Assembly: GCA_050692435.1 (NCBI GenBank)
Contig: JBOGVG010000103.1
Span: 2,897-66,896, forward strand
Direction of reading: 5' to 3'
Source of the DNA: Actinomycetota bacterium
Lineage (GTDB): Bacteria > Actinomycetota > UBA4738 > HRBIN12
Length of the DNA: 64,000 nucleotides
The notes beneath the pieces were generated by a model. That model was not told the DNA's origin and ran no database searches. It saw only the letters and a program-made list of their open reading frames with translations. Of the stretch, positions 1 through 8,338 are shown piece after piece (positions within the stretch are counted from its first letter, which is position 1; each line of letters opens with the position of its first letter). The translations under genes were made by a program, and so were the position numbers.

Positions 1-1007
1 CCGGACCGCCTGGCGATCTCGCCGGAACCCCGGGGCACGAGGCGTGTGGGGAGCACGATCCGCTGCGGGGGGCGCTCGTCGCCGGCCAGCCGGCCGAAGA
101 GCAGCTCGGCCCCGGCCCGGCCCATCTCGGCCGGGTCGTGCTTCACCACCGTGACCGGTACCGGAAGCATGTCCGCCAGCTCGAAGTCGTCGAACCCCAC
201 CAGCGCGAAGGTGGATTCCCGGCCCCGGAGCGCCCGCAGCACGCCGATGCTGGCCCGGTTGTTCGTGGTGAAGACCGCCGTGGGCGGATCGGCCATCGAG
301 AGTAGCTCCCGGGTGGCCGCCTTCGCCTCGGTGACGTCCCGCCAACCGAGGCGCACCAGGGACTCGTCGACCGTCACGCCCGCCGCAGCCATGGCCTCCC
401 GGAACCCCCTCACCCTCTGGGCGACGGTATACACGGTCGGCGGATCGCCCACCACGCCGATCCGCCGGTGCCCGTGGGCCAGGAGGTGCTCGATCGCATG
501 ACGAGCGCCGCCCACGTTGTCGATGAGGACCTCGTCCGCCTTGACTCGCCGGGCCGGCCGATCCATGAACACGACCGGCGTGCCGTGTCGGATCTCCTCG
601 AGCAGGTAGCTGTGGTCCTGGCCGGCCGGAACGATCAGGAGTCCGGTGACCTGCCGCTCGAGGAGCGTGCCCACCGCCTTTTGCTCCGCCGCGGGGTTCT
701 CGTCGGAGCTCGCGATGACGACCATGTGGCCGTGCGCGCGCGCGATCTCCTCCACCCCCCGGGCGATGCTGGAGTAGAAGGGGTTGCGAACGTCCTCGAT
801 GACGAGGCCCACGGTGGCCGGCCGCTGCCTCCGGCGAAGATTCCGGGCGGTGTCGTTGGCCCGGTACCCGAGCACCGCCACCGCCTCTCGGACCCTCGCC
901 GCGGTCTCGGCCCGGACGCCCCGTTCCTCGTTCACCACCCGCGAGACGGTCTTCAGGCTGACCCCGGCCACCCCCGCCACGTCCACCATGGTGGGCCGCG
1001 CCCTCAT
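1..1007 (-). CDS. LacI/GalR-family transcriptional regulator (3' end runs off the window)
   Basis: It is absent from the ORF track because no stop lies inside the window. Reverse-complement translation from ATG at 1007 reads MRARPTMVDVAGVAGVSLKTVSRVVNEERGVRAETAARVREAVAVLGYRANDTARNLRR (LacI HTH), then a sugar-binding-type core (...VGFDDFELADMLPVPVTVVKHD...RIVLPTRLVPRGS). A second in-frame ATG lies at 989. Confidence 0.85.
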   Translation of the reverse strand, partial: MRARPTMVDVAGVAGVSLKTVSRVVNEERGVRAETAARVREAVAVLGYRANDTARNLRRRQRPATVGLVIEDVRNPFYSSIARGVEEIARAHGHMVVIASSDENPAAEQKAVGTLLERQVTGLLIVPAGQDHSYLLEEIRHGTPVVFMDRPARRVKADEVLIDNVGGARHAIEHLLAHGHRRIGVVGDPPTVYTVAQRVRGFREAMAAAGVTVDESLVRLGWRDVTEAKAATRELLSMADPPTAVFTTNNRASIGVLRALRGRESTFALVGFDDFELADMLPVPVTVVKHDPAEMGRAGAELLFGRLAGDERPPQRIVLPTRLVPRGSGEIARRS

Positions 1008-1108
1008 CCCCTCGTCCTCGTCGCTCCCCGATGTGGGCTGCCCCTAGATGCTCGTCGCCACCGAGCGCGTCGGTCCTGTCGTCCCCTGACGGGCAAACAA
1101 CCCTGGCA

Positions 1109-1120
1109 GACAACGTTGTC
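1109..1120. promoter_or_regulatory. Candidate LacI-type operator: perfect 12-bp palindrome GACAACGTTGTC
   Basis: Read directly. The palindrome has the central CG typical of LacI/GalR operators. It sits in the 314-bp divergent region between the LacI-like gene and the SDR gene. Confidence 0.4.
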
Positions 1121-1160
1121 ATGCACTCAAGCATGGCCTTCCAGAAGTTGTCAAGCCGAG

Positions 1161-1281
1161 GCCGTGGGGCCGCCGTCGGGCTGGCGTGGGATGTGGGGCA
1201 GGCCGAGGGGTCGGCCGGTGGGCCGGCCGCGGGGCCGGTGGGGCCGGTCGCTGGGCTGGTGGGGCCGGCCGATGGGTGGGC
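1161..1281 (+). repeat. G-rich imperfect tandem repeat (GGTGGGGCCGG-like units, many G3-4 runs)
   Basis: Units such as ccgtggggccgcc, ccggtgggccggcc, ggccggtggggccgg, ctggtggggccggcc and gatgggtgggc are read in the intergenic region. No credible CDS covers it. Confidence 0.5.
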
Positions 1282-1321
1282 TATCGTCTTCCCCTGAACC
1301 GCAGCATCTCTGGGGGTCGCC

Positions 1322-2020
1322 ATGGCTGCATCCTGGGCGATCGTGACCGGGGGCGGCTCGGGTCTCGGCCTGGCGCTGGCCGAGGGCCTGGGCCGAACCG
1401 GGATCGCGGTCGCCATCCTCGGTCGTGATCCGGACCGGTTGAACGACGCGCTCCGGCGCTTGCGGGCGGGCGGAGGGGACGCCGAGGGCTTCCCCTGCGA
1501 CGTGTCCAGGCAAGCCGACGTCCGAGACGCCTTCTCGCGGATCTCCCGCGACCGTGATGTGAGGCTCCTGTTCAACGTGGCGGGTGCGGGACGCTTCGGG
1601 CCTGTGGAGGAGCTCACCGAGGACGCGATCGACGAGGTCCTGTCGGGGAACCTGAGGGGGCTGATGATGGCCACGGCCGCGGCGCTGCCCGTCTTTCGCG
1701 CCGCCGGAGGCGGGACCATCGTCACCGTACTGTCATCCGCCGCCCTGGTGGGCCGGCCCAACGAGGCCGCCTACTGCGCCGCGAAATGGGGAGGCCGGGG
1801 GTTCATGGAGGCCTTGCGAGCCGCGCTCAAGGGGAGCTCCATCCGGACGCTCACGGTCTACCCCGGCGGGATGCGGACCCCGTTCTGGGGCCCGGACGTG
1901 GGGGAGCCGCCCGACCTCGACACCTACATGGATCCGCGTGACGTGGCCGCTCAGATCCTGGGGGTGGTCCTCGACCCCGGCGGAGCCCACGTCACCGAGA
2001 TGACGATCGCTCGAGGCTGA
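1322..2020 (+). CDS. SDR-family short-chain dehydrogenase/reductase
   Basis: TGGGSGLG Rossmann motif near the N-terminus, and YCAAKWG matching the catalytic YxxxK. Confidence 0.85.
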   Translation: MAASWAIVTGGGSGLGLALAEGLGRTGIAVAILGRDPDRLNDALRRLRAGGGDAEGFPCDVSRQADVRDAFSRISRDRDVRLLFNVAGAGRFGPVEELTEDAIDEVLSGNLRGLMMATAAALPVFRAAGGGTIVTVLSSAALVGRPNEAAYCAAKWGGRGFMEALRAALKGSSIRTLTVYPGGMRTPFWGPDVGEPPDLDTYMDPRDVAAQILGVVLDPGGAHVTEMTIARG

Positions 2021-2030
2021 AGATCCGCCG

Positions 2031-3485
2031 ATGAAGGGGACCCTGGCACGGTCGCGCGAGGCGCTCCGGAGCCACGACTTCCGCAAGCTGTTCGCCATCC
2101 GGTTGGTCAGTCAGTCCGCGGACGGGCTGTTCCAGGCGGCCCTGGTCGCCTCTGTCGTGTTCAACCCGGAGGAGCAAAGCACCGCGGTGGGATTCGCCAT
2201 CGCCACCCTGGTGGTCTTGCTTCCGTTCTCGATCATCGGTCCGTTCACCGGCGTGTTCATCGACCGGTGGTCCAGGCGGCAGATCCTGGTGGTCGCCCCG
2301 TGGCTACGGGCTGCGGTGGTGGGGCTCGCATTGCTCGATCCGACGAGCGCTGCGACCCCCTTCTACGCCGGCGTCCTGATGGTGTTCTCGGTGAACCGCT
2401 TCTACCTGGCCACGGCGCAGGCCGTGGTGCCGCGGCTGGTCCCCATCCAGGACCTGCTCATGGCGAACTCGATGGCCACGGTCGGCGGGACCGTGGCGCT
2501 CCTGGTCGGCGTGTTCGCGGGTGGATGGGTGTCCGATGTGTTCGGCAACGTGCCGGTGATCGCGGCAGCCGGCTCGATGTGGATCCTGGCCTCGCTCATC
2601 GCTTCCAGGATCACCGCGAGCCTCGTGCCGCATCACCTGCCCCAGACGCCGGTTCGCGACGAGCTCCACCGGGTGACCCGGGAGTTCGCCGACGGTATCC
2701 ACCGCCTGGCCCGAACGCCGCGGGCCGTCGGTCCGATCACCTCGATCACGCTGGACCAGATGGGCCAGGGCATCGTGCTGGTCCTCTCGCTGTTCGTGTT
2801 CGAGGAGCAGTTCAAGGAGGGCGTGGGGTCCTTCTCGAACCTGATCGGCGCAGGCGGCGTCGGCGTGCTGCTCGGCATCCTCACGGTGGGGAAGCTGGAA
2901 GAGCGGTTCGCCAAGGAGCGGATCGTATCCGGCGCGTTCTTCATCGGCGCGGTGGCGCTCCTGGCCCTGTCCACCCACATCACCGGCCTCACGGTGCTCG
3001 TCGGGAGCTTCGCGGTCGGCCTCACCTTCGCGTGGAAGAAGGTCCCCGTGGACACCATGGTCCAGGAGGCCATCCCCGACGGCTACCGGGGGCGCGTGTT
3101 CGCCGTGTACGACGTGGCCTACAACCTGTCGCGGATCGGGGCGGCGTTCCTGGCCATCCCCATGCTCCATTACCTCAGCCCCGCGTGGTCGGTGGCGATC
3201 ATCGGGGTGGTCTTCCTGCTGTGGACACCGGTGCTCCCCCTCTGGATCGCCCGCTCGCCCGAGCTGATGATCCGGTTCTACGAGGGCGGGAGAGCGGAGG
3301 AGTGGCCTCGGGCCGTGATCTGGGGAGGGGTCGAGGAGCGGGTCGAGGTCGAGCGCTCGTGGCTCGAGGAGCGAAACGGCCGCCGCTTGACCTGCTACCG
3401 CCTGGCCCTAGAGGACGGGACGGTCATCGAGGTGTCCAGGCCGGACGGTGCCGAGACCTGGCGGTTGGACCGCGAGCTCTCGTAG
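2031..3485 (+). CDS. MFS transporter with an extra ~75-aa soluble C-terminal domain
   Basis: About 12 hydrophobic segments. The N-terminus (FRKLFAIRLVSQSADGLFQAAL) is typical of MFS proteins. The tail (EWPRAVIWGGVEERVEVERSWLEERNGRRLTCYRLALEDGTVIEVSRPDG) is hydrophilic. Confidence 0.8.
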   Translation: MKGTLARSREALRSHDFRKLFAIRLVSQSADGLFQAALVASVVFNPEEQSTAVGFAIATLVVLLPFSIIGPFTGVFIDRWSRRQILVVAPWLRAAVVGLALLDPTSAATPFYAGVLMVFSVNRFYLATAQAVVPRLVPIQDLLMANSMATVGGTVALLVGVFAGGWVSDVFGNVPVIAAAGSMWILASLIASRITASLVPHHLPQTPVRDELHRVTREFADGIHRLARTPRAVGPITSITLDQMGQGIVLVLSLFVFEEQFKEGVGSFSNLIGAGGVGVLLGILTVGKLEERFAKERIVSGAFFIGAVALLALSTHITGLTVLVGSFAVGLTFAWKKVPVDTMVQEAIPDGYRGRVFAVYDVAYNLSRIGAAFLAIPMLHYLSPAWSVAIIGVVFLLWTPVLPLWIARSPELMIRFYEGGRAEEWPRAVIWGGVEERVEVERSWLEERNGRRLTCYRLALEDGTVIEVSRPDGAETWRLDRELS

Positions 3486-3497
3486 GCGCCTCCGCTC

Positions 3498-3812
3498 CTA
3501 TCCCGGCTCCGGCCCGTCGACGTTCACGACGGGCTCGCCGGTGCCCGACCGGGTCACGATGATCTCGGCTTCCACGGCGCTCGGGTTGCTTTCGCGGTGG
3601 ATGGCGCCCCTCGGCACGTAGAGGAAGTCGCCCGGCCCCGCCTCAACGATCTCCCTCCCGCCGCGGCCGAACTCCATGCGAACCGCGCCGGATGAGACGT
3701 AGATCGAGGTTTCCAAGTCGCCGTGGTGGTGCCAGCCGGATACCATGCCAGGAGCGGTCCTTGCGAAGCCGGACCACATCTCCGGCGTTGCGATCGCCTC
3801 CTCGCGGGTCAT
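3498..3812 (-). CDS. Cupin-domain protein
   Basis: Cupin motifs GWHHHGDLETSIYVSSG and GDFLYVPRGAIHRESN. The start was trimmed to ATG MTREEA (cat at 3810-3812), because the upstream part of ORF 3498..4196 is low-complexity shadow sequence. Confidence 0.75.
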   Translation of the reverse strand: MTREEAIATPEMWSGFARTAPGMVSGWHHHGDLETSIYVSSGAVRMEFGRGGREIVEAGPGDFLYVPRGAIHRESNPSAVEAEIIVTRSGTGEPVVNVDGPEPG

Positions 3813-3948
3813 CCCCGGTGTTGGCTGTCCGGTACTGCGCTCCTCCGGGCTGATCCTGCGAATGCCGGCCACTCGAACATCCTCACATGCCACGAGAGTC
3901 CGAGTCGAATGGGGATTGGTGTCACGAGCTACTGGGCCACTCGTCCTC

Positions 3949-3974
3949 CCGAAGGAACCCTTCGGTTTGATTCT
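3949..3974 (+). terminator. Terminator/attenuator-like hairpin CCGAAGG-AAC-CCTTCGG followed by TTTGATTCT, in the leader of the lipoprotein/M15 operon
   Basis: A 7-bp perfect stem plus a U-rich tail, read directly. It lies about 60 nt upstream of ATG 4027. Confidence 0.3.
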
Positions 3975-4026
3975 CGCGTGGGAAGGCCCGGGACCTGCGA
4001 GACTCGGAGCAAGGAAGGAAGGCGGG

Positions 4027-4593
4027 ATGCGGAACCGGATGCTGATCTCGATCCTGCTCGCCACGGTGATGTCCGTGGCGGCGTGCGCCGAGGAGGGTGG
4101 GGATGTGGCCACGCCCGCCCCCACACCGTTACCGACGACCGGGTCGCCCTCTCCCGGCCCATCGCCCACCGGATCCCCTTCGCCGGCGCCGGGCACCGAC
4201 CTCGGGGACGGCCGGCACTTCGGTTACATCGAGTCGGTCGACATCAGGCCGCTCCCCGGGACGATGGTGTTCGACCTGGCTTACTTCCTGACCGGGGATG
4301 AGGCCAACGAGGCCGCGGAGGAGCACGGAGACGAGACCCCTGTGCCGAACGACTACTACATCGTGAACGACAACCCGAGGCTCAGGACGCTCGTGGTGTC
4401 TCGCGACATCAGGATCCTGCTGATCGACTGGAAGAACTGCTGTGACCGGTTCTCGGCCGACCCGGGCCGGTTCCAGGACTCCTTCGCCCTGGACGAGTAC
4501 CCGCCCGGCAACTACAAGGGGAAGTTCTCCCAGTACTGGCTCACGGTGAAGGGTGGCGTCGTGTCGGCCATCGAGGAGCAGTACCTGCCGTGA
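4027..4593 (+). CDS. Lipoprotein of unknown function
   Basis: MRNRMLISILLATVMSVAAC has a signal peptide and lipobox Cys, followed by a PT/SP-rich linker. RBS AGGAAGGAAGG lies upstream of ATG 4027. The start was trimmed from ORF 3745..4593. Confidence 0.75.
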   Translation: MRNRMLISILLATVMSVAACAEEGGDVATPAPTPLPTTGSPSPGPSPTGSPSPAPGTDLGDGRHFGYIESVDIRPLPGTMVFDLAYFLTGDEANEAAEEHGDETPVPNDYYIVNDNPRLRTLVVSRDIRILLIDWKNCCDRFSADPGRFQDSFALDEYPPGNYKGKFSQYWLTVKGGVVSAIEEQYLP

Positions 4594-5369
4594 CACGCAT
4601 TCGGGGAGGGGCCGGTCCGCTCTCCGCCCTGGTCCTCCTTGCCTCGCTCACGGCGTGCGCTTCCGGGGCGACCAAGTCGCGAACCGCCGGCGATTCCACC
4701 TCGACCCCAGGGGCGAGCGCCGCGGCCAGCTCTTCGCCGACCGCTCGGACATCCCCGAGCCCCCCGGCGCTCCCGGCCAGGTTCCGGGGAACCGTCTCGC
4801 GGATCCCCCCCGACCTCCAGGCGGAGATGCGCGGAACGACGTGGCGGCCCGGGTGTCCGGTGGACCTCAGCGACTTCCGGCTCCTGACCCTCCGCTACTG
4901 GGGCTTCGACGGCACCGTGCATGAGGGCCCCATGGTGGTGAACGAGAGCGTGGCCGCCGACGTGGTGTGGGTGTTCCGGCAGCTGTTCGAGGCCCGGTTC
5001 CCCATCAAGCGCATGCACCTGTCCCGCCGGTACCGCCCGAACCACGATGACCCCAACGACAAGCGCGACTACACGGCCGCGTTCAACTGCCGTCCGGTGA
5101 TCACCCCCCGGGGACCGCTCGGCACGTGGTCGCAGCACTCCTATGGATGGGCCATCGACATCAACCCCATCGAGAACCCCTACGTCGGGGCCGACGGCTA
5201 CGTGCGGAATCGCAACGCCCGCCCCTTCCGCGACCGGTCCCTGGACGTGCCGGGGATGATCCACTCCGGGGACGTCGTGGTCCGGTCGTTCGCGGCGATC
5301 GGGTGGGGGTGGGGCGGCTCCTGGTCGAGCGGCCCGGACTACATGCACTTCTCGCTGACCGGGCGCTGA
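4590..5369 (+). CDS. M15-family (VanY-like) D-Ala-D-Ala carboxypeptidase, lipoprotein
   Basis: Lipobox LASLTAC. Zn-ligand motifs SQHSYGWAIDIN and DYMHFS are present. The GTG start overlaps the upstream stop (GTGA). Confidence 0.8.
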   Translation: MTRIRGGAGPLSALVLLASLTACASGATKSRTAGDSTSTPGASAAASSSPTARTSPSPPALPARFRGTVSRIPPDLQAEMRGTTWRPGCPVDLSDFRLLTLRYWGFDGTVHEGPMVVNESVAADVVWVFRQLFEARFPIKRMHLSRRYRPNHDDPNDKRDYTAAFNCRPVITPRGPLGTWSQHSYGWAIDINPIENPYVGADGYVRNRNARPFRDRSLDVPGMIHSGDVVVRSFAAIGWGWGGSWSSGPDYMHFSLTGR

Positions 5370-5373
5370 CCCG

Positions 5374-5414
5374 GCGGCCGCCGACCCGGCGTTGACCGGG
5401 CGGCCGGCGGCCGC
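5374..5414. terminator. GC-rich imperfect inverted repeat between convergent genes
   Basis: GCGGCCGCCGACCCGG ... CCGGGCGGCCGGCGGCCGC, about 12 bp of pairing with bulges and no T-tract. Confidence 0.3.
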
Positions 5415-5974
5415 TAGATGAACAGCTGGATGGCCGACTCCTTCATCTCGAGGAGCGCGGTCGCGGCGCCGATGGGCTCCTCGAGCCCGTCGATCAGGTC
5501 CTCCTTCTTGACCCCCATGAGGTCCATCGTCATCTGGCATGGGATCAGCCGAACCCCCATGTCCCGCGCCATCTCGAGGAGCTCGGTGGGGTGGGGGGTC
5601 TTGTAGTCCTCGGCGACCTTGCCGAGCATCCACGGCCCCATGCCGGCGAAATTGTAACGAGAGAGCTTGGCTCGCTTGAGCGCAGCGGGGTTCAGCACCG
5701 AGAGGGCCTTCGTCATCCACTCCTTGCCGGTGGTCCGCTTCTCCGGCTTGACCAGCGCGAACAGGCCCCAGAAGGTGAAGAACACGGAGACCTCCATGCC
5801 GCTTGCCGCGGCGGTGGTGGACAGGATCAGCGTGGGCCAGACCCGGTCGAGGTGGCCGTCCCAGGCGATGATCGTGATCTTGTTTTTCTTGTTGATGCCG
5901 TCCTCGCGCTCCGCGAGGGCCTGCTCGATCAGCTTCTTGAGCTCGGTCGTGTCGGTGGCCGTCTCGGTGCTCAT
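5414..5974 (-). CDS. DsrE/DsrF-like (DrsE_2) sulfur-relay family protein
   Basis: KITIIAWDGHLDRVWPTLILSTTAAASGMEVSVFFTFWGL ... RLIPCQMTMDLMGVKKEDLIDG matches the DsrE-like fold proteins usually paired with TusA. The start is ATG MSTETA (cat 5972-5974). Confidence 0.8.
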   Translation of the reverse strand: MSTETATDTTELKKLIEQALAEREDGINKKNKITIIAWDGHLDRVWPTLILSTTAAASGMEVSVFFTFWGLFALVKPEKRTTGKEWMTKALSVLNPAALKRAKLSRYNFAGMGPWMLGKVAEDYKTPHPTELLEMARDMGVRLIPCQMTMDLMGVKKEDLIDGLEEPIGAATALLEMKESAIQLFI

Positions 5975-6207
5975 GCTCGGGCCTTCCGGATCACGTAGCG
6001 GAGGAGGCCGTCCTCCTCGGTGGCTTCGACCAGCTCGTTGCCGGAGAGCTTGGCCCAGGACGGCACGTCCGAGCGGGCGCCCGGGTCCGTGCACAGGAGC
6101 TCGAGCAGGTCACCCTGCCGCGCGTCCTTCAGCGCACGGTGAAGCGTCACGAGCGGACCCGGGCAGGACTGGCCCCGGGCATCCACGGTGGTGGTGATGA
6201 CATCCAT
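5971..6207 (-). CDS. tusA: TusA/SirA-family sulfurtransferase
   Basis: 78 aa with DARGQSCPGPLV (the CPxP active-site motif). GGAGG RBS is present. ATGA overlap with the downstream DsrE-like gene. Confidence 0.85.
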   Translation of the reverse strand: MDVITTTVDARGQSCPGPLVTLHRALKDARQGDLLELLCTDPGARSDVPSWAKLSGNELVEATEEDGLLRYVIRKARA

Positions 6208-6261
6208 GAGCGCGAACCTCCGAAGGTGGTGGGCGGGCGAGGGCCGGTGCCGAAGGCGCGA

Positions 6262-6277
6262 CGGCCGCTAGCGGCCG
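6262..6277. promoter_or_regulatory. Perfect 16-bp palindrome CGGCCGCTAGCGGCCG upstream of tusA
   Basis: Read directly, in the 286-bp divergent region. A second inverted repeat, TTGCA-AC-TGCAA, lies near 6352-6363. Confidence 0.2.
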
Positions 6278-6493
6278 GCGCCGGGCACCTCGGGACAGCA
6301 GCACCGGCAGGGGATCATGGCCCCAACGAGCCCGCGGCACCGTGTCCGGATCATTGCAACTGCAAATCCTACGCCATCCACGGAATCCCTGGCAAGCGAG
6401 GGCTTGACCGGGCGACCAGGCGGGTGCTTGGGTACGCGGTAGCCCGCGTGTGGACTTATCCGCGCCCGTGTGCTGGAGTTAAGGAGGGGGCCG

Positions 6494-8305
6494 ATGCGCC
6501 ACCGTCGGGTTCGACTGTCCGTCGTGTCGTTCCTGCTGCTCATCCTGATGGTGGCGACGGGATCCTTCCCGGCCGGCGCGGGGGTCCCCGCGCGGACGGC
6601 CGACGCGTACCGGGCCTCCCTCGACAGGATCAACGCGCGGCTCCGGACGAGCGCGGACCGGGCCACCCGTTCGACCGCCGCTCCCCTGGTCCCGGTCACC
6701 AACAACTTCACGGTGATCGGTCACACGGACCTGGGCGCCTCGGACACGAACGGCGACGTGTGGGTGCACGGCAACTTCGCCTACGTGGGAACGTGGGCCG
6801 ATCCCTGCAACGGCCTCGGCGTGAAGATCATCGACGTCTCCAACCCGGCGAGCCCGGTGATGATCGGAAGAGTGGCGGGCATCGCGGGGACGAGCGCCGA
6901 GGACGTCGTGGTCCGGAGCGTCTCCACCGCCTCGTTCACGGGCGACCTGCTGGCGACCGGGATCCAGCGCTGCGGGGGGGATCCGGCCCTGGACACCGCC
7001 CAGTTCGGGGTGGACTTCTGGAACGTGACGAACCCGGCGGCACCCGTTCACCTCTCCTTCCTGGGCGTGACGACCGGGGAAGGGGGCGTCCACGAGCTCG
7101 ACCTGTTCCAGCGGGGGGCGAACGTGTACGCGCTCCTCGCCACCCCGTTCAGCGAGTGGTTTGATCCTGAGCCCGGAGGCGACTTCTGGATCGCCGACGT
7201 CACGAACCCGGCCAGCTCGACGGTGGTCGGCCAATGGGGCGCAGGCGCGGAGGGGCTGTCCCGTGGCCCCTTCTGGGGGCAGGGGTCCTTCGGTGCGACG
7301 TACGACCACAGCGCCCGGGCCAGTGCCGACGGCACGAAGGCGTACGTCTCGTATTGGGACTTGGGCGTGTTGACGCTCGACATCACCGACGTCACCAACC
7401 CCACGCTGCTGTCGCGAACCAAGTATCCGGCCGACGCGGATGGCGATGCGCATTCTCTGGCCGTCTATCAGGGGACCAGCAGGACCTTCCTATTGCAGAA
7501 CGACGAGGACTTCGATCCCCGGTCCCCGGCGCGCATCGTGTCCGGCGGCGACGTAGGCATCGGGAGTGAGGCGCCCTATGCACGGGCCCTGTGGCGTTCT
7601 TCAAACCACCGGCTGTCCGGCCGGGTAGTCCGGCCGGCGCGCGAGGGCTGCTCGCCCGGCGACTACGGATCGGCCAATGTCGACGGACGGATCGCCGTGG
7701 TGAAGACCTATTTCAAGTTCTTCGACCCCAAGCCCCGCCGGCCGGCATGCCGCTCCGGGAGGCAGGAGAAGGTGGCCCAGGGGCTCGGCGCGGCCGCAGT
7801 GGTCCACGACTTCATCGCCAGGAACACCAGCCCCCAGTGGTTCTCGTTCCCCTCGGGCATCAGGATCCCCGTGCTCTTCACCGACCACGCCACCGCCCTC
7901 GGCATGGTCGACGCCGGCCGGGCCAGGCTGGTGGCCCAGCAACCGTCGTGGGGGTTCCTCCGGGTGTTCGACGCGAGCACCGGGCAGCAGGTGGCGAAGT
8001 TCGACGACCTCCCGTACGTCCATACGCTGACCTCGCCCCTCGGGACCTGGAGCGTCCACAACAACGAGGTCAGGGGGAACCGGTCGTACGCGTCCTGGTA
8101 CACGCACGGGATCGTGGCCCTCGACCTCGCCCCCCTCAACGCGGCCACGCCCGGGGACCCGGTGATGGTGGGCCAGTTCGTTCCCGAAGGCGCCGACCCG
8201 CTCGTCTGGGGAGTGGCCATCAGGGCGAGCGACGGGTTGATCTTCGCCTCGGACATGAACAGCGGGCTCTGGATCGTGCAGGCCACGGGCCCGGCCGCCC
8301 CGTAG
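6494..8305 (+). CDS. Secreted LVIVD-repeat beta-propeller protein with inserted PA (protease-associated) domain
   Basis: AAGGAGG RBS at 6481-6487 and a signal peptide (RLSVVSFLLLILMVATGSFPAGAG). Repeated ...YVG..GLGVKIIDVSNPASPV / FWIADVTNPASS / LTLDITDVTNPTLL motifs are present. The PA-like insert reads GCSPGDY..VDGRIAVVKTY...AQGLGAAAVV. Confidence 0.7.
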   Translation: MRHRRVRLSVVSFLLLILMVATGSFPAGAGVPARTADAYRASLDRINARLRTSADRATRSTAAPLVPVTNNFTVIGHTDLGASDTNGDVWVHGNFAYVGTWADPCNGLGVKIIDVSNPASPVMIGRVAGIAGTSAEDVVVRSVSTASFTGDLLATGIQRCGGDPALDTAQFGVDFWNVTNPAAPVHLSFLGVTTGEGGVHELDLFQRGANVYALLATPFSEWFDPEPGGDFWIADVTNPASSTVVGQWGAGAEGLSRGPFWGQGSFGATYDHSARASADGTKAYVSYWDLGVLTLDITDVTNPTLLSRTKYPADADGDAHSLAVYQGTSRTFLLQNDEDFDPRSPARIVSGGDVGIGSEAPYARALWRSSNHRLSGRVVRPAREGCSPGDYGSANVDGRIAVVKTYFKFFDPKPRRPACRSGRQEKVAQGLGAAAVVHDFIARNTSPQWFSFPSGIRIPVLFTDHATALGMVDAGRARLVAQQPSWGFLRVFDASTGQQVAKFDDLPYVHTLTSPLGTWSVHNNEVRGNRSYASWYTHGIVALDLAPLNAATPGDPVMVGQFVPEGADPLVWGVAIRASDGLIFASDMNSGLWIVQATGPAAP

Positions 8306-8338
8306 CGGCCGGGCCCCCGAGCCCTCCTCGTCGAGCGA

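Noticed and set aside
468-1346. Long plus-strand ORFs 46..501 and 468..1346 at the left edge.
   Set aside because: They are Arg/Pro/Gly-rich low-complexity translations. The opposite strand encodes a clear LacI-family protein, so these are GC-rich shadow frames.
2267-3562. 431-aa ORF overlapping the MFS gene. Similar long shadow ORFs occur elsewhere (for example 4512..5720, 10689..11930, 16350..17819, 19678..20895, 25859..27355, 47953..49935 and 50099..52324).
   Set aside because: All are RGP-rich with no motifs. Each overlaps a gene with strong family signatures in another frame or on the other strand.
3813-4026. Possible ydaO/c-di-AMP riboswitch upstream of the peptidase operon.
   Set aside because: The hallmark segments (GGGGGACCCA, CCGACAGCUAACCUCGUAAGCG) are not present. 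Only vague similarity is seen. It is kept as an unassigned leader, not called as a riboswitch.
6494-8305. LVIVD beta-propeller as the missing MADH heavy chain (MauB).
   Set aside because: It lies 50 kb away in an unrelated context. Its repeat type and the PA insert do not resemble MauB.
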